Both the position numbers and the translations under genes were made by a program. From positions 1-58,840 of the IMG/VR virus record IMGVR_UViG_3300050119_000051: a stretch of DNA of 58,840 nucleotides; one strand, 5' to 3'. The notes under the pieces are model-generated. The model was not told where the DNA came from, did not search any database, and saw only the letters and a list, made by a program, of their open reading frames with translations. Every line of letters starts with the position of its first letter. Position 1 is the first letter of the stretch. This document shows positions 46,617-54,194 of this stretch, piece by piece. Source of the stretch: a virus. Lineage: Duplodnaviria; Caudoviricetes.

Positions 46617-46777
46617 CAGCTTTTTCAATCATCTTTCTCATTCTCGTGGTCGGTGCGGCGATCATTGCAATCTATTCGCAGGTAAAGCCTGCGCCAATTC
46701 TGTGGATCGCAGTGCTGTTGCTGGCGATTGCTATGGCTATTTCGATGGGCGGCAGCGAGCATCTGTTTTCTAGATAG
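46613..46777 (+). CDS. Small two-TM protein (not in ORF track)
   Basis: MTAFSIIFLILVVGAAIIAIYSQVKPAPILWIAVLLLAIAMAISMGGSEHLFSR*; ATGA overlap. Confidence 0.7.
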   Translation: MTAFSIIFLILVVGAAIIAIYSQVKPAPILWIAVLLLAIAMAISMGGSEHLFSR

Positions 46778-46780
46778 CCA

Positions 46781-47005
46781 ATGGCAGTTAAGATGGCGAG
46801 CAAGCCTGTCCCCAGGAAAGCGGCATCGCCCATCAGTGATTTAAGCACATGGGGCGTGCGGGCCGTTCTGATAGGAATGGGTAGCCTGATCCTCTGGGAA
46901 GTCCGTAGCGTGCAGCAGATGCATGAGGATGTGGCCGTGGTCAAGATCGTAGTTGACTCCCATTCCAAACAGATTCAAGAGATCTGGGAGCGATTCCGCA
47001 AATGA
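46781..47005 (+). CDS. Single-TM + coiled-coil (holin/antiholin-like) protein
   Basis: WGVRAVLIGMGSLILW followed by a coiled coil. Confidence 0.6.
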   Translation: MAVKMASKPVPRKAASPISDLSTWGVRAVLIGMGSLILWEVRSVQQMHEDVAVVKIVVDSHSKQIQEIWERFRK

Positions 47006-47370
47006 ACGAACTAGCCACTTACGCCGCTCATGTCCAAGCTCGACTCACTTATGCAGCGCTGGCTATTTTCTTCGCAGTAATTGTCGGTGTTGGTGTGTTG
47101 GCAGTTTATGCCAAAGATATCAACACACAATTGCTGACGCTGCTGGTCACGCTTGCCACCGCGACAGTCACGCTCGCGACAGGCGCTTTTGCATTCTGGC
47201 TTGCAAGACATCGAACTCAGCAAGAGCCTGATCCGACCACTACGACCACCAGCACACAGACCACCACGACCCCTACGCCATTAGTCATTCCACCGGGGAC
47301 GGCTGCAGCCACTGCGCCGGCATCGCCGGTAGTCATCGCCCCTTTAGCACCATCGGAGCCACAACTATGA
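47002..47370 (+). CDS. Two-TM holin-like protein with Thr/Pro tail
   Basis: Two hydrophobic helices; AFAFWL; ATGA overlaps. Confidence 0.6.
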   Translation: MNELATYAAHVQARLTYAALAIFFAVIVGVGVLAVYAKDINTQLLTLLVTLATATVTLATGAFAFWLARHRTQQEPDPTTTTTSTQTTTTPTPLVIPPGTAAATAPASPVVIAPLAPSEPQL

Positions 47371-47804
47371 GCCTTCTTCAGCCTCTTGAGACCATCGCCG
47401 CTACTGGCATTACTGGCCTACTTATCACCTTGGGCGCAAAGGGATTGCCCGCCACGCTGGTGAAGCGTGCCAATGCGTACCTTGCTGTAGCCAATGCGAT
47501 CACGGCCGCTGAGAGTGGCAGTGTGACCAGTCTCATCGGCACACTGACCACCATCATCAGCACTTCGGGCCTCGATCCAGCGGAGGGGCTTGCGCTGACG
47601 GGGCTACTCACGGCGATTGTCAATCAACTGGCGCTAGCGCAGTCGCTCACTGGCGCGACGCTGATAGGAGAGACGCTCACAGGCTTCCTCAACAATCTCG
47701 CCACTGGCATGGCCGCAGGAGCCAATGCGGAGATCGCAAAATATGGCCCGATCGCAGCGAGTGCGACGCCCACGCCGGCCGCTCCAGCTACGCGGGTGCT
47801 CTAA
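47367..47804 (+). CDS. Hydrophobic Ala/Leu/Thr-rich protein
   Basis: Coupled ORF in the lysis cassette. Confidence 0.6.
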   Translation: MSLLQPLETIAATGITGLLITLGAKGLPATLVKRANAYLAVANAITAAESGSVTSLIGTLTTIISTSGLDPAEGLALTGLLTAIVNQLALAQSLTGATLIGETLTGFLNNLATGMAAGANAEIAKYGPIAASATPTPAAPATRVL

Positions 47805-48022
47805 TGCCACTGCTCACGCTTCTACAGATCATCAGCGCTGCAGCCGGCGGATTGGATGCGCTGGTGAAGATCAAAAACGATCTACAGGCCAAAGGGGCGA
47901 CACCAGAGACACAGCTCAGTCCCGAACATGTGGCTGTAGTCACGGCTGCTGTAGCCAAATTACAGGCCATCACTACTGAACCTTCCGCGGCAAACTTCGG
48001 CTCCGGGGGTCGGTCATTTTGA
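47804..48022 (+). CDS. Hypothetical protein
   Basis: TAATG coupling. Confidence 0.55.
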   Translation: MPLLTLLQIISAAAGGLDALVKIKNDLQAKGATPETQLSPEHVAVVTAAVAKLQAITTEPSAANFGSGGRSF

Positions 48023-48528
48023 AGACCATCGATCTGCGATTTGTCTCCGGTTTCGGCTGCGGATCTGGGGCGATCCGAGAAGTCAGTCACGGCGAGTTCA
48101 CGCATGTCGATGCCGTCGTGCCGAAAGGCGGTATTGCCAACATCGAATGGCCGGAAGGAAGTCTGGTCGGTGCGCGTTCTGACAAAATCGGCGGCAAGCC
48201 TGCGGGGTTGCAGTGCCGCCCCTTTGGCTACGAGCCGGTAAAAAAGGCCGTCATATTTCATTTGGCAGTTAACAATCTGCAGGAGCAGGGCTTCTGGTCA
48301 TTCCTCTATTCTCAGGAAACCCACAAGTACGATAAGCCGAGCATTCTCGCCAATGTGTTCAATGCCAACTGGCACGCGGCTGGGCACTATGTGTGCTCGG
48401 CGGCGATTTGCGATGCGCTACAGAGCGCCGATTGGTTCAAGCCCTGCTATTCTTCCTGGTGGGAAATCAGGCCCGTGGCGCTTGCCGATATGGTGAGCGC
48501 GAACGGGGCTACTTGGGAATCCTCATGA
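48019..48528 (+). CDS. Permuted papain-like (NlpC/P60, YiiX-type) amidase/peptidase
   Basis: His before Cys: FTHVDAV...KYD...YVCSAAI. Confidence 0.65.
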   Translation: MKTIDLRFVSGFGCGSGAIREVSHGEFTHVDAVVPKGGIANIEWPEGSLVGARSDKIGGKPAGLQCRPFGYEPVKKAVIFHLAVNNLQEQGFWSFLYSQETHKYDKPSILANVFNANWHAAGHYVCSAAICDALQSADWFKPCYSSWWEIRPVALADMVSANGATWESS

Positions 48529-48578
48529 GCAGCAACTTTGACGGCAATCCGTTTTGTCCAGTTATTAAGGTGATTTCC

Positions 48579-49457
48579 ATGAAAAACTTTCTCGCCGTTC
48601 TTGCCCTGCTCTGTCCCGGCATCGTCTTTGCCGCTGCGCCAGCCACTCTCGCCGCCCCATCAACCGTGACTGGCTCACTCAGCGGTACAACCTTCACGCT
48701 TAAGTGGAGTGAGGTTACCGCCGCATCTGGCTACAATATCCGTTGCGCTGCGAGCGATACTGCGTTAACCGCACTCGATGCGAGCGACCCGTCCATGACC
48801 GCGACGCCGCCGACCGTCAACGGCACGCCGCTCAATCCCAACACCGTCACCAGCTATCCCGTGCCGAACATCACTGCGGGCATGTCGTGCGAAGTCGGCG
48901 CTTGGAGCTGGACGGCGACCGCTTCCGCCGTGAGTGTGCCGAGCGCGCATGTGATCGCCACGGCGGCGGTCTCCAGCAGCTCCAGCTCTGGCGGTAGCAG
49001 CTCCGGTGGCGGTAGCTCCTCGTCGTCTAGTAGCGGGGGCTCATCTTCTAGTAGCTCAAGCTCTGGCGGCGGATCGTCCTCTGGCGGCAGTTCCAGTTCG
49101 TCAGGCGGATCGGTAACGCTGCCTAACGGTACGGCTGTAATCACCTGGACCGCACCGACCACGAACACCGACGGCAGCGCTATCCCGGCGAGCGAGGTAC
49201 TGACCTACAACGTCTACGAGGGAACGGTATCGCCGGTGTCGCTGACCACGCCGCTCAACGCCACGCCGCTCAGTGCGCTTACCTGCTCGGTCACGCTCGC
49301 GCCCGGCACCTACTACTTCGCCGTCGTGGCTCTCAACGGCAGCGCGGGGAGTGGGCCGGCAACCAGTCCGCAGGTAATCGTGCCCGTAGTTACCGTCATT
49401 GAAACGCCGAGCGCACCGGGCAAGATTAGCGTGACCTACACCGCCACGACGCCGTGA
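48579..49457 (+). CDS. Secreted protein: two fibronectin-III-like domains joined by a poly-Ser/Gly linker
   Basis: MKNFLAVLALLCPGIVFA|A; TLKWSEV..ASGYNI; ITWTAPTTNTDGS...YNVYEGT...GTYYFAVVA. Confidence 0.75.
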   Translation: MKNFLAVLALLCPGIVFAAAPATLAAPSTVTGSLSGTTFTLKWSEVTAASGYNIRCAASDTALTALDASDPSMTATPPTVNGTPLNPNTVTSYPVPNITAGMSCEVGAWSWTATASAVSVPSAHVIATAAVSSSSSSGGSSSGGGSSSSSSSGGSSSSSSSSGGGSSSGGSSSSSGGSVTLPNGTAVITWTAPTTNTDGSAIPASEVLTYNVYEGTVSPVSLTTPLNATPLSALTCSVTLAPGTYYFAVVALNGSAGSGPATSPQVIVPVVTVIETPSAPGKISVTYTATTP

Positions 49458-49723
49458 CTGAGCAGGAAGCGATAAACTCTGCGCGCCGAACGTATTGGTG
49501 TGCGCTGCTGCGAGAAACGCGCGGCAACGTCGCCTTGGCCGCGTTCATCGCCGGCAGGAACCGGACCGGAGCGCACCAGATACTGCGCAAATTAGGCATC
49601 GAACGCGGTCAGTTCCGGCTCAAGAAGGAGAAGCCGAGACGGACCCGATGGCTAGGCCCTATGCGATGTCCCGCGCGAGATAGAGCGGCGCATCAGGGAA
49701 TTTTCACTGCGGCAGTTCGATAA
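49454..49723 (+). CDS. Stand-alone Fis-type HTH protein
   Basis: LLRETRGNVALAAFIAGRNRTGAHQILRKLGI. Confidence 0.7.
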   Translation: MTEQEAINSARRTYWCALLRETRGNVALAAFIAGRNRTGAHQILRKLGIERGQFRLKKEKPRRTRWLGPMRCPARDRAAHQGIFTAAVR

Positions 49724-50762
49724 TGGCAAATGTCTCAGTAGATCCAGATGCCTGCAAGTTGATAGTCATTCGTAGGGCGGTGGGACTGACGGTGTAATCC
49801 AAGTACGCCAGTCCCGTGCCCGTCGCCCCTGGGTATTCGCACCCCGCGCTGTAGATTATGGCGATAGAGTACGCATTGTGATTTGGGTCAATGAGCGAGA
49901 CTTGCCCGCTCAGAGCACAAGTGCCATCGGCGCTGTGCTCAGAAATGATACCGTTTCCGTCAATGGTGAAAGGCGCCCGCTCGCCGCCAATGATAACCGG
50001 GCCATCCATGCCCGGCAGTTCTCCCCAAGCGCCTGCGATTTGCGCTAGGCCGGAGGAATAGTTGTAGAGTCCGTTATAAGTCCAACTGTCCGTACCAGCG
50101 CCGTTAACGGCAAAGGTAAGGCTTACCCCTTGAGTCACAGTCCCGACATCTGGCGTTGAACTGATCGTGGCTCCGCATATGTCGGTGGTGATACAGCTAC
50201 CGCTCTGTATGGGGGCGAAGTATTCGTAGCCACTGATCTGATTGCCAGAGACGGTAAATGTGCCGGTGGAGATAGCTCCAGCATCGCCGGCCGCCGAATG
50301 AGGCTCGCCGTCGTAGAAGAACTGGCCGGTATCAATCGTGAGCATCCATAAGGTGCCGATGGCATCGGGCGCGCTTGGATCACTGATGGGCCTCGCCCAG
50401 ATACCGCCGAGGATTTGATTAGTAGGTGATCCGCCTGAGGATGAAGAACTACTAGAGGACGACGAACTGCTTGCGCCCGAACTTGAGGAACTGCTGCTGG
50501 AGGAAGATTGACCGCCAGAGCTGGAACTAGACGAAGTAGGAAGCGGTACTACCGGAGCTGGAGCAACAATAGGAACTGACGAAGGAGCAACAGGAGCAAC
50601 AGGAGCAGGAGCGGGCGCCACAACAGGAACTGGCGCAGCAACGGGAGCAGCAACAGAATCTGGTGCCGCTAGTGGAGTTATGGAATCAGTCGATGGAGAT
50701 CCAGAGCCTCCGCAACCAGCGATAAGGATCACTATAAACAGACTTGCTGCGATAAATTTCAT
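49704..50762 (-). CDS. Lipoprotein with Pro/Ala and poly-Ser linkers
   Basis: Lipobox LIAG|C after a hydrophobic stretch; beta-rich C-terminal domain. Confidence 0.8.
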   Translation of the reverse strand: MKFIAASLFIVILIAGCGGSGSPSTDSITPLAAPDSVAAPVAAPVPVVAPAPAPVAPVAPSSVPIVAPAPVVPLPTSSSSSSGGQSSSSSSSSSSGASSSSSSSSSSSSGGSPTNQILGGIWARPISDPSAPDAIGTLWMLTIDTGQFFYDGEPHSAAGDAGAISTGTFTVSGNQISGYEYFAPIQSGSCITTDICGATISSTPDVGTVTQGVSLTFAVNGAGTDSWTYNGLYNYSSGLAQIAGAWGELPGMDGPVIIGGERAPFTIDGNGIISEHSADGTCALSGQVSLIDPNHNAYSIAIIYSAGCEYPGATGTGLAYLDYTVSPTALRMTINLQASGSTETFAIIELPQ

Positions 50763-51010
50763 GTTTGTTCTGCTGGTGGTTCGTCATCGTCTGGATCTTC
50801 AAATTCTTCCCACCCGTCGTCATGAACTGAGTCGGTCCTATCGTTGCAAACGAACTCCAATTGCTTCCCGGAATGGGCGTTCAGAAATCGTTTCAAGCGC
50901 TCTATTATTTCCGGTTCGCCAGTATAAAAGGTGGACATTGAACCGCGCCCTTGCCCGATCCATATGCGCCGCTTCGTCTCTCTGCAGACGAGTGAAAATG
51001 TTTCGCTCAC
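50759..51010 (-). CDS. Hypothetical protein
   Basis: Coupled ORF; SLVCRETKRRIWIGQG. Confidence 0.6.
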   Translation of the reverse strand: MSETFSLVCRETKRRIWIGQGRGSMSTFYTGEPEIIERLKRFLNAHSGKQLEFVCNDRTDSVHDDGWEEFEDPDDDEPPAEQT

Positions 51011-51354
51011 GACTTCACTTCTGGTTCGAGAGCGGAGCGTGCTTCGTAGATCATTGAATACGGATACTCGCTGTCGAGTTCGATGTACTCAATCAGCTCC
51101 TTCAGGTGCGCCCGCAGCCGCTCATTCTTGGCATGAAGATCGAAGTAAGTGCGCTGCCCAAGTGAAGCCGCGTACTTCTTCAGTTGGGTGTATTCAGCGA
51201 GTTCGCCAGTTAGGCGTTCTACCTGAACCTTGAGAGAGGCTATCTGCTCATCCTTAGTGTAGAACGGCCCGTAAGTTATGGGGCTCGCCACATGCGACTC
51301 AACTGCGGATGTGCCTGGCGGACGCGGAGCGCCGAATATGTAGTCGTTATTCAT
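51007..51354 (-). CDS. Hypothetical coiled-coil protein
   Basis: Coupled ORF. Confidence 0.6.
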   Translation of the reverse strand: MNNDYIFGAPRPPGTSAVESHVASPITYGPFYTKDEQIASLKVQVERLTGELAEYTQLKKYAASLGQRTYFDLHAKNERLRAHLKELIEYIELDSEYPYSMIYEARSALEPEVKS

Positions 51355-51587
51355 GGCTTCATTCTCTGAGCCGGCGACATCTCCCCTGGGCAGAATTCCA
51401 GCATGAGCGCGTCGATCTTGGCTTGCTTGGAATTGACCGCGTTGCGGTAGTTGTCGCGTTGGGTGGTCAGCCGCTCGATCTCCGCCCGCAGCTCTTGAAC
51501 CGCCTGTTCTGACTCACATGCCGGGCAGCTTCGCGCGAGATGTCCGTGCTTGCAGTCCCTTGTGTTAACCTCGTTTGTCATTCCCAT
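51351..51587 (-). CDS. Hypothetical protein (CxH/CxxC + segment duplicated at 53.9 kb)
   Basis: RDCKHGHLARSCPACE; AKIDALMLEFCPGEMS. Confidence 0.6.
   Translation of the reverse strand: MGMTNEVNTRDCKHGHLARSCPACESEQAVQELRAEIERLTTQRDNYRNAVNSKQAKIDALMLEFCPGEMSPAQRMKP
51371..51482. repeat. Dispersed direct repeat, copy 1 (copy 2 at 53906-54017)
   Basis: 52 bp identical (51371-51422 = 53906-53957), then similarity with mostly third-position differences. Confidence 0.9.
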
Positions 51588-51924
51588 AGCTCCTTGATGA
51601 CCTTTCCCTCACGCCGCGTCCGATAGGCCGTTTGTGCATGGTGGTGCCGATCATAGTGCAGATGACAGCCCTGACACATCGCCTTGAGATTGCCATCGCT
51701 GCAATCCTCCGGCGTATGGTTTAGGTGCGCCGTGGTCAGCACGACCTTTGAGCCTGTACCGTATGCCTCGCCGCCGTGGACGTTCGGACAGCGGCCCTCA
51801 TGCGTGCCCCTGCCGCACATTCCCCCTCACACTCACAACGCCAGGCAGCGCGGTCCTTGATCGCGGTACTGATGGCTTCCCATGTGACCGGGTAGCGCGA
51901 TGCGTTTTCAGGTCTGATCGGCAT
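51578..51924 (-). pseudogene. HNH-like protein with a 2-nt frameshift near 51817
   Basis: MPIRPEN..RYP..W...RAAWRCECEGEC continues in another frame as GRGTHEGRC...VVLTTAHLNH.PE.C...NLKAMCQGCHLHYD. Confidence 0.75.
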
Positions 51925-51947
51925 GCGAGGTCAGTCTGAGTTAGACG

Positions 51948-52337
51948 CTAAATAGCCCTGAGATTTCGGTATAGAGCCGAATATCCAGGCGGCAATTTGC
52001 TTGCCGAAAAATCACAGCCAGCGGTAAACCCTCGGGCGAATGCGTCCATCAGAAGGATGGTCAGCTGCTCTTTTGGCAGAAAGATGCGCTGGCTCAGGGT
52101 GACGGGCGCCGTGACCTTATCGGCAGCATTGCGAGCCATCGCTATTATTTCTTCAGTGGTCGTGGAGCGCGTAGTCTCGGCGTAAATGACCACCTTTGGC
52201 GTCTCGCCGTTGTCGGCGCTCCAACTACCGATGCTGTTAACTCCAAGCAGCTTCAGCGCGTGACCATCAACTATGACGACCACCTCTTGATCGTGTGGCT
52301 GCGCCATCAACTGGTAAGCGAGTTCACTGACTTTCAT
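51948..52337 (-). CDS. Hypothetical protein
   Basis: AGGAG RBS; MKVSEL...VV N-terminus. Confidence 0.6.
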   Translation of the reverse strand: MKVSELAYQLMAQPHDQEVVVIVDGHALKLLGVNSIGSWSADNGETPKVVIYAETTRSTTTEEIIAMARNAADKVTAPVTLSQRIFLPKEQLTILLMDAFARGFTAGCDFSASKLPPGYSALYRNLRAI

Positions 52338-52513
52338 GTTGACTCCTGTTTTGATAATACGTGGGGAGGGAAGCCGCAGGGCTGGCCGACGCTATCACCG
52401 GCACGTGGACTTTCACCGTTCAACCACTGCGGCCGCCCAAAGAAGGCAGCAATTAGGGACAGAGCTATCAATAGCGCTGCCGCCATGCGCTCAGAAATGC
52501 TAGGTTTTTCCAT
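52334..52513 (-). CDS. Small single-TM protein (not in ORF track)
   Basis: MEKPSISERMAAALLIALSLIAAFFGRPQW... Confidence 0.4.
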   Translation of the reverse strand: MEKPSISERMAAALLIALSLIAAFFGRPQWLNGESPRAGDSVGQPCGFPPHVLSKQEST

Positions 52514-52582
52514 GTTGCGCCCCCACGGTTAACTCGTAGACTTCCTGCCCCATGCGTTGCATTTCCGCTGCCGCCTCATAAG

Positions 52583-52786
52583 TCACTGCTGATCTCCCAC
52601 GGTTGGATGTGAGCGTCGCATTCCGTCATCCACCTTTTCGTCAAACTCAGTTGACGTTAGCCAACTAGTCAAACTGCGCGCACCAAAGAACCCCATGTCC
52701 GACGTACGTTTGCGCATCCAGCGATAGCGCGTAGCATCTCGGCGCTCGTCCTCGCATCTGGCGCAAAAGCACGAATTGTGGCTCAC
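52583..52786 (-). CDS. Hypothetical phage protein
   Basis: RRDATRYRWMR...FDEKVD pattern common in small early phage genes. Confidence 0.6.
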   Translation of the reverse strand: MSHNSCFCARCEDERRDATRYRWMRKRTSDMGFFGARSLTSWLTSTEFDEKVDDGMRRSHPTVGDQQ

Positions 52787-53066
52787 GGCTTCTCCTGTTG
52801 CGGGTGTGCTGCGGCGCTGGGATGAGAGCCAAGCGAGAAAGGTGCCGCGGCCTCATCTATCCTTGCGGAAGCGCCCGAGGGCTCTTGTCGATGAGTAAGG
52901 CTCGTCTCAATCCCGCTTGGCCCATTCAACTGTGAAAGACGCTGAAGCATGGATATGACGTAGATTGCTCTATCTATCAAATCGCGCTCAGTTAGCAACA
53001 CCTGAAGCTTGGCTCCAATTACCATATCGACAAGTTCTTTGTCGCTAAAAACGTATGGCCCTCGGA

Positions 53067-53339
53067 TCACTTCGCTTCCTCCCGATCTTGAAAGCAAAGA
53101 CGGTCGTCCTGTTCGCGGTCTCTCAATACATCAGGGTCTGGGCCGTCATCTGGCGGGTCATCCTCGCAATCGGTCGAGCCGCAGTTCTGGCAGACCCACC
53201 CTGAGCAGTCGCATGTGCCGTAAGGAATGGACGGATCGCCGTACCAGTCATTGACCCACTTCCAGTCGTGGTCGCACAGAGCGGGGTCGAGTGCTGGCTC
53301 TTCGTCTACTTCTACTTCAACTTCGACTTCGTGGTTCAT
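53067..53339 (-). CDS. Acidic Zn-ribbon-like protein
   Basis: CDHDW...WVCQNCG; GGAG RBS. Confidence 0.55.
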   Translation of the reverse strand: MNHEVEVEVEVDEEPALDPALCDHDWKWVNDWYGDPSIPYGTCDCSGWVCQNCGSTDCEDDPPDDGPDPDVLRDREQDDRLCFQDREEAK

Positions 53340-53360
53340 GCTGCTCTCCGTCTCTATTTC

Positions 53361-53591
53361 CTAAACAGTCCGATGCGCGTCGCGCTGATGCTGCGGCAAG
53401 CCGACCGCCTTGAACTTGCGCCCACAGGTAGGGCAGGCGACTTTCTTCTGCCCTTCGGCCTGCTGCGCTTCGTAGCGGTCCTGTAGCTGACAGCCGCCGC
53501 ATGTACGTGGATAGCCCACAGCCTCACCGAGTTCTTCGCCACAGACTTGGCAAATTTCACCATCAATCATCAGGTCTGCGATTTCACCCAC
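53361..53591 (-). CDS. Zn-finger protein (CxxC pairs + C2H2)
   Basis: MGEIADLMIDGEICQVCG...CGGC...CPTCGRKF...QHQRDAH. Confidence 0.7.
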   Translation of the reverse strand: MGEIADLMIDGEICQVCGEELGEAVGYPRTCGGCQLQDRYEAQQAEGQKKVACPTCGRKFKAVGLPQHQRDAHRTV

Positions 53592-53612
53592 GACCCTCTC
53601 CTGTTCTCTGTC

Positions 53613-54107
53613 CTAAGCTTCGAGTAATTGGCTCTGCGGATGCGTGCCGCGAATCATCGCCAGCACGTCCTCAAGCATGTGATCGAATCGACTCATGCCG
53701 CTGCCATCGCAGGAATCTGCCAGCCCGATCCAGTTGCGGCAACGATCGGCGGTATTGATGCGCCCCACGTGCACCCACATCCCCAGCATCTTCGCGCAAC
53801 GAGCTGCTGCGAACGCCTGTTTGCTGATCTTGAAGGCATCCGTGCCGCCGATGAATACTGCGTCCAAATCAGACCAGGGAATGCGCGTGTACTCAGCTCT
53901 CTGTACCGGCGACATCTCCCCTGGGCAGAATTCCAGCATGAGCGCGTCGATCTTGGCCTGCTTTGAATTTACGGCAGTGGCGTAGTTGTCACGCTGAGTG
54001 GTCAGCCGCTCGATCTCATCGGCGGCAACGCTGCGCAGTTCCTTGCACAGCCCTGAGCTGCAAAGCCCTTGGCGCAGATCACCTAGCAGAATTTCATTCT
54101 TTGTCAT
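53613..54107 (-). CDS. In-frame chimera: coiled-coil early protein N-part + C-half of a TIM-barrel-like phage protein
   Basis: N-part duplicated at 51.4 kb; C-part IPWSDLDAVFIGGTDAFK...WVHVGRIN...DSCDGSG. Confidence 0.6.
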   Translation of the reverse strand: MTKNEILLGDLRQGLCSSGLCKELRSVAADEIERLTTQRDNYATAVNSKQAKIDALMLEFCPGEMSPVQRAEYTRIPWSDLDAVFIGGTDAFKISKQAFAAARCAKMLGMWVHVGRINTADRCRNWIGLADSCDGSGMSRFDHMLEDVLAMIRGTHPQSQLLEA

Positions 54108-54190
54108 CACCGCCTCCACTGAAACGTCAGAAACAGCACCAGCGCTATGCCGGCGAAGATCCAGAATGCGGGATCGCGTAGAGCGGTCAT
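54107..54190 (-). CDS. 27-aa single-TM peptide (not in ORF track)
   Basis: MTALRDPAFWIFAGIALVLFLTFQWRR*; TGATG coupling. Confidence 0.5.
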   Translation of the reverse strand: MTALRDPAFWIFAGIALVLFLTFQWRR

Positions 54191-54194
54191 GTCG

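Noticed and set aside
52373-52433. tRNA or hammerhead ribozyme
   Set aside because: No TTC-containing T-loop or cloverleaf and no CUGANGA core. No tRNA was recognised anywhere in the window by eye.
51371-54017. Repeat pair as DGR template/variable repeats
   Set aside because: No reverse transcriptase in the window; differences are mostly synonymous and not adenine-specific.
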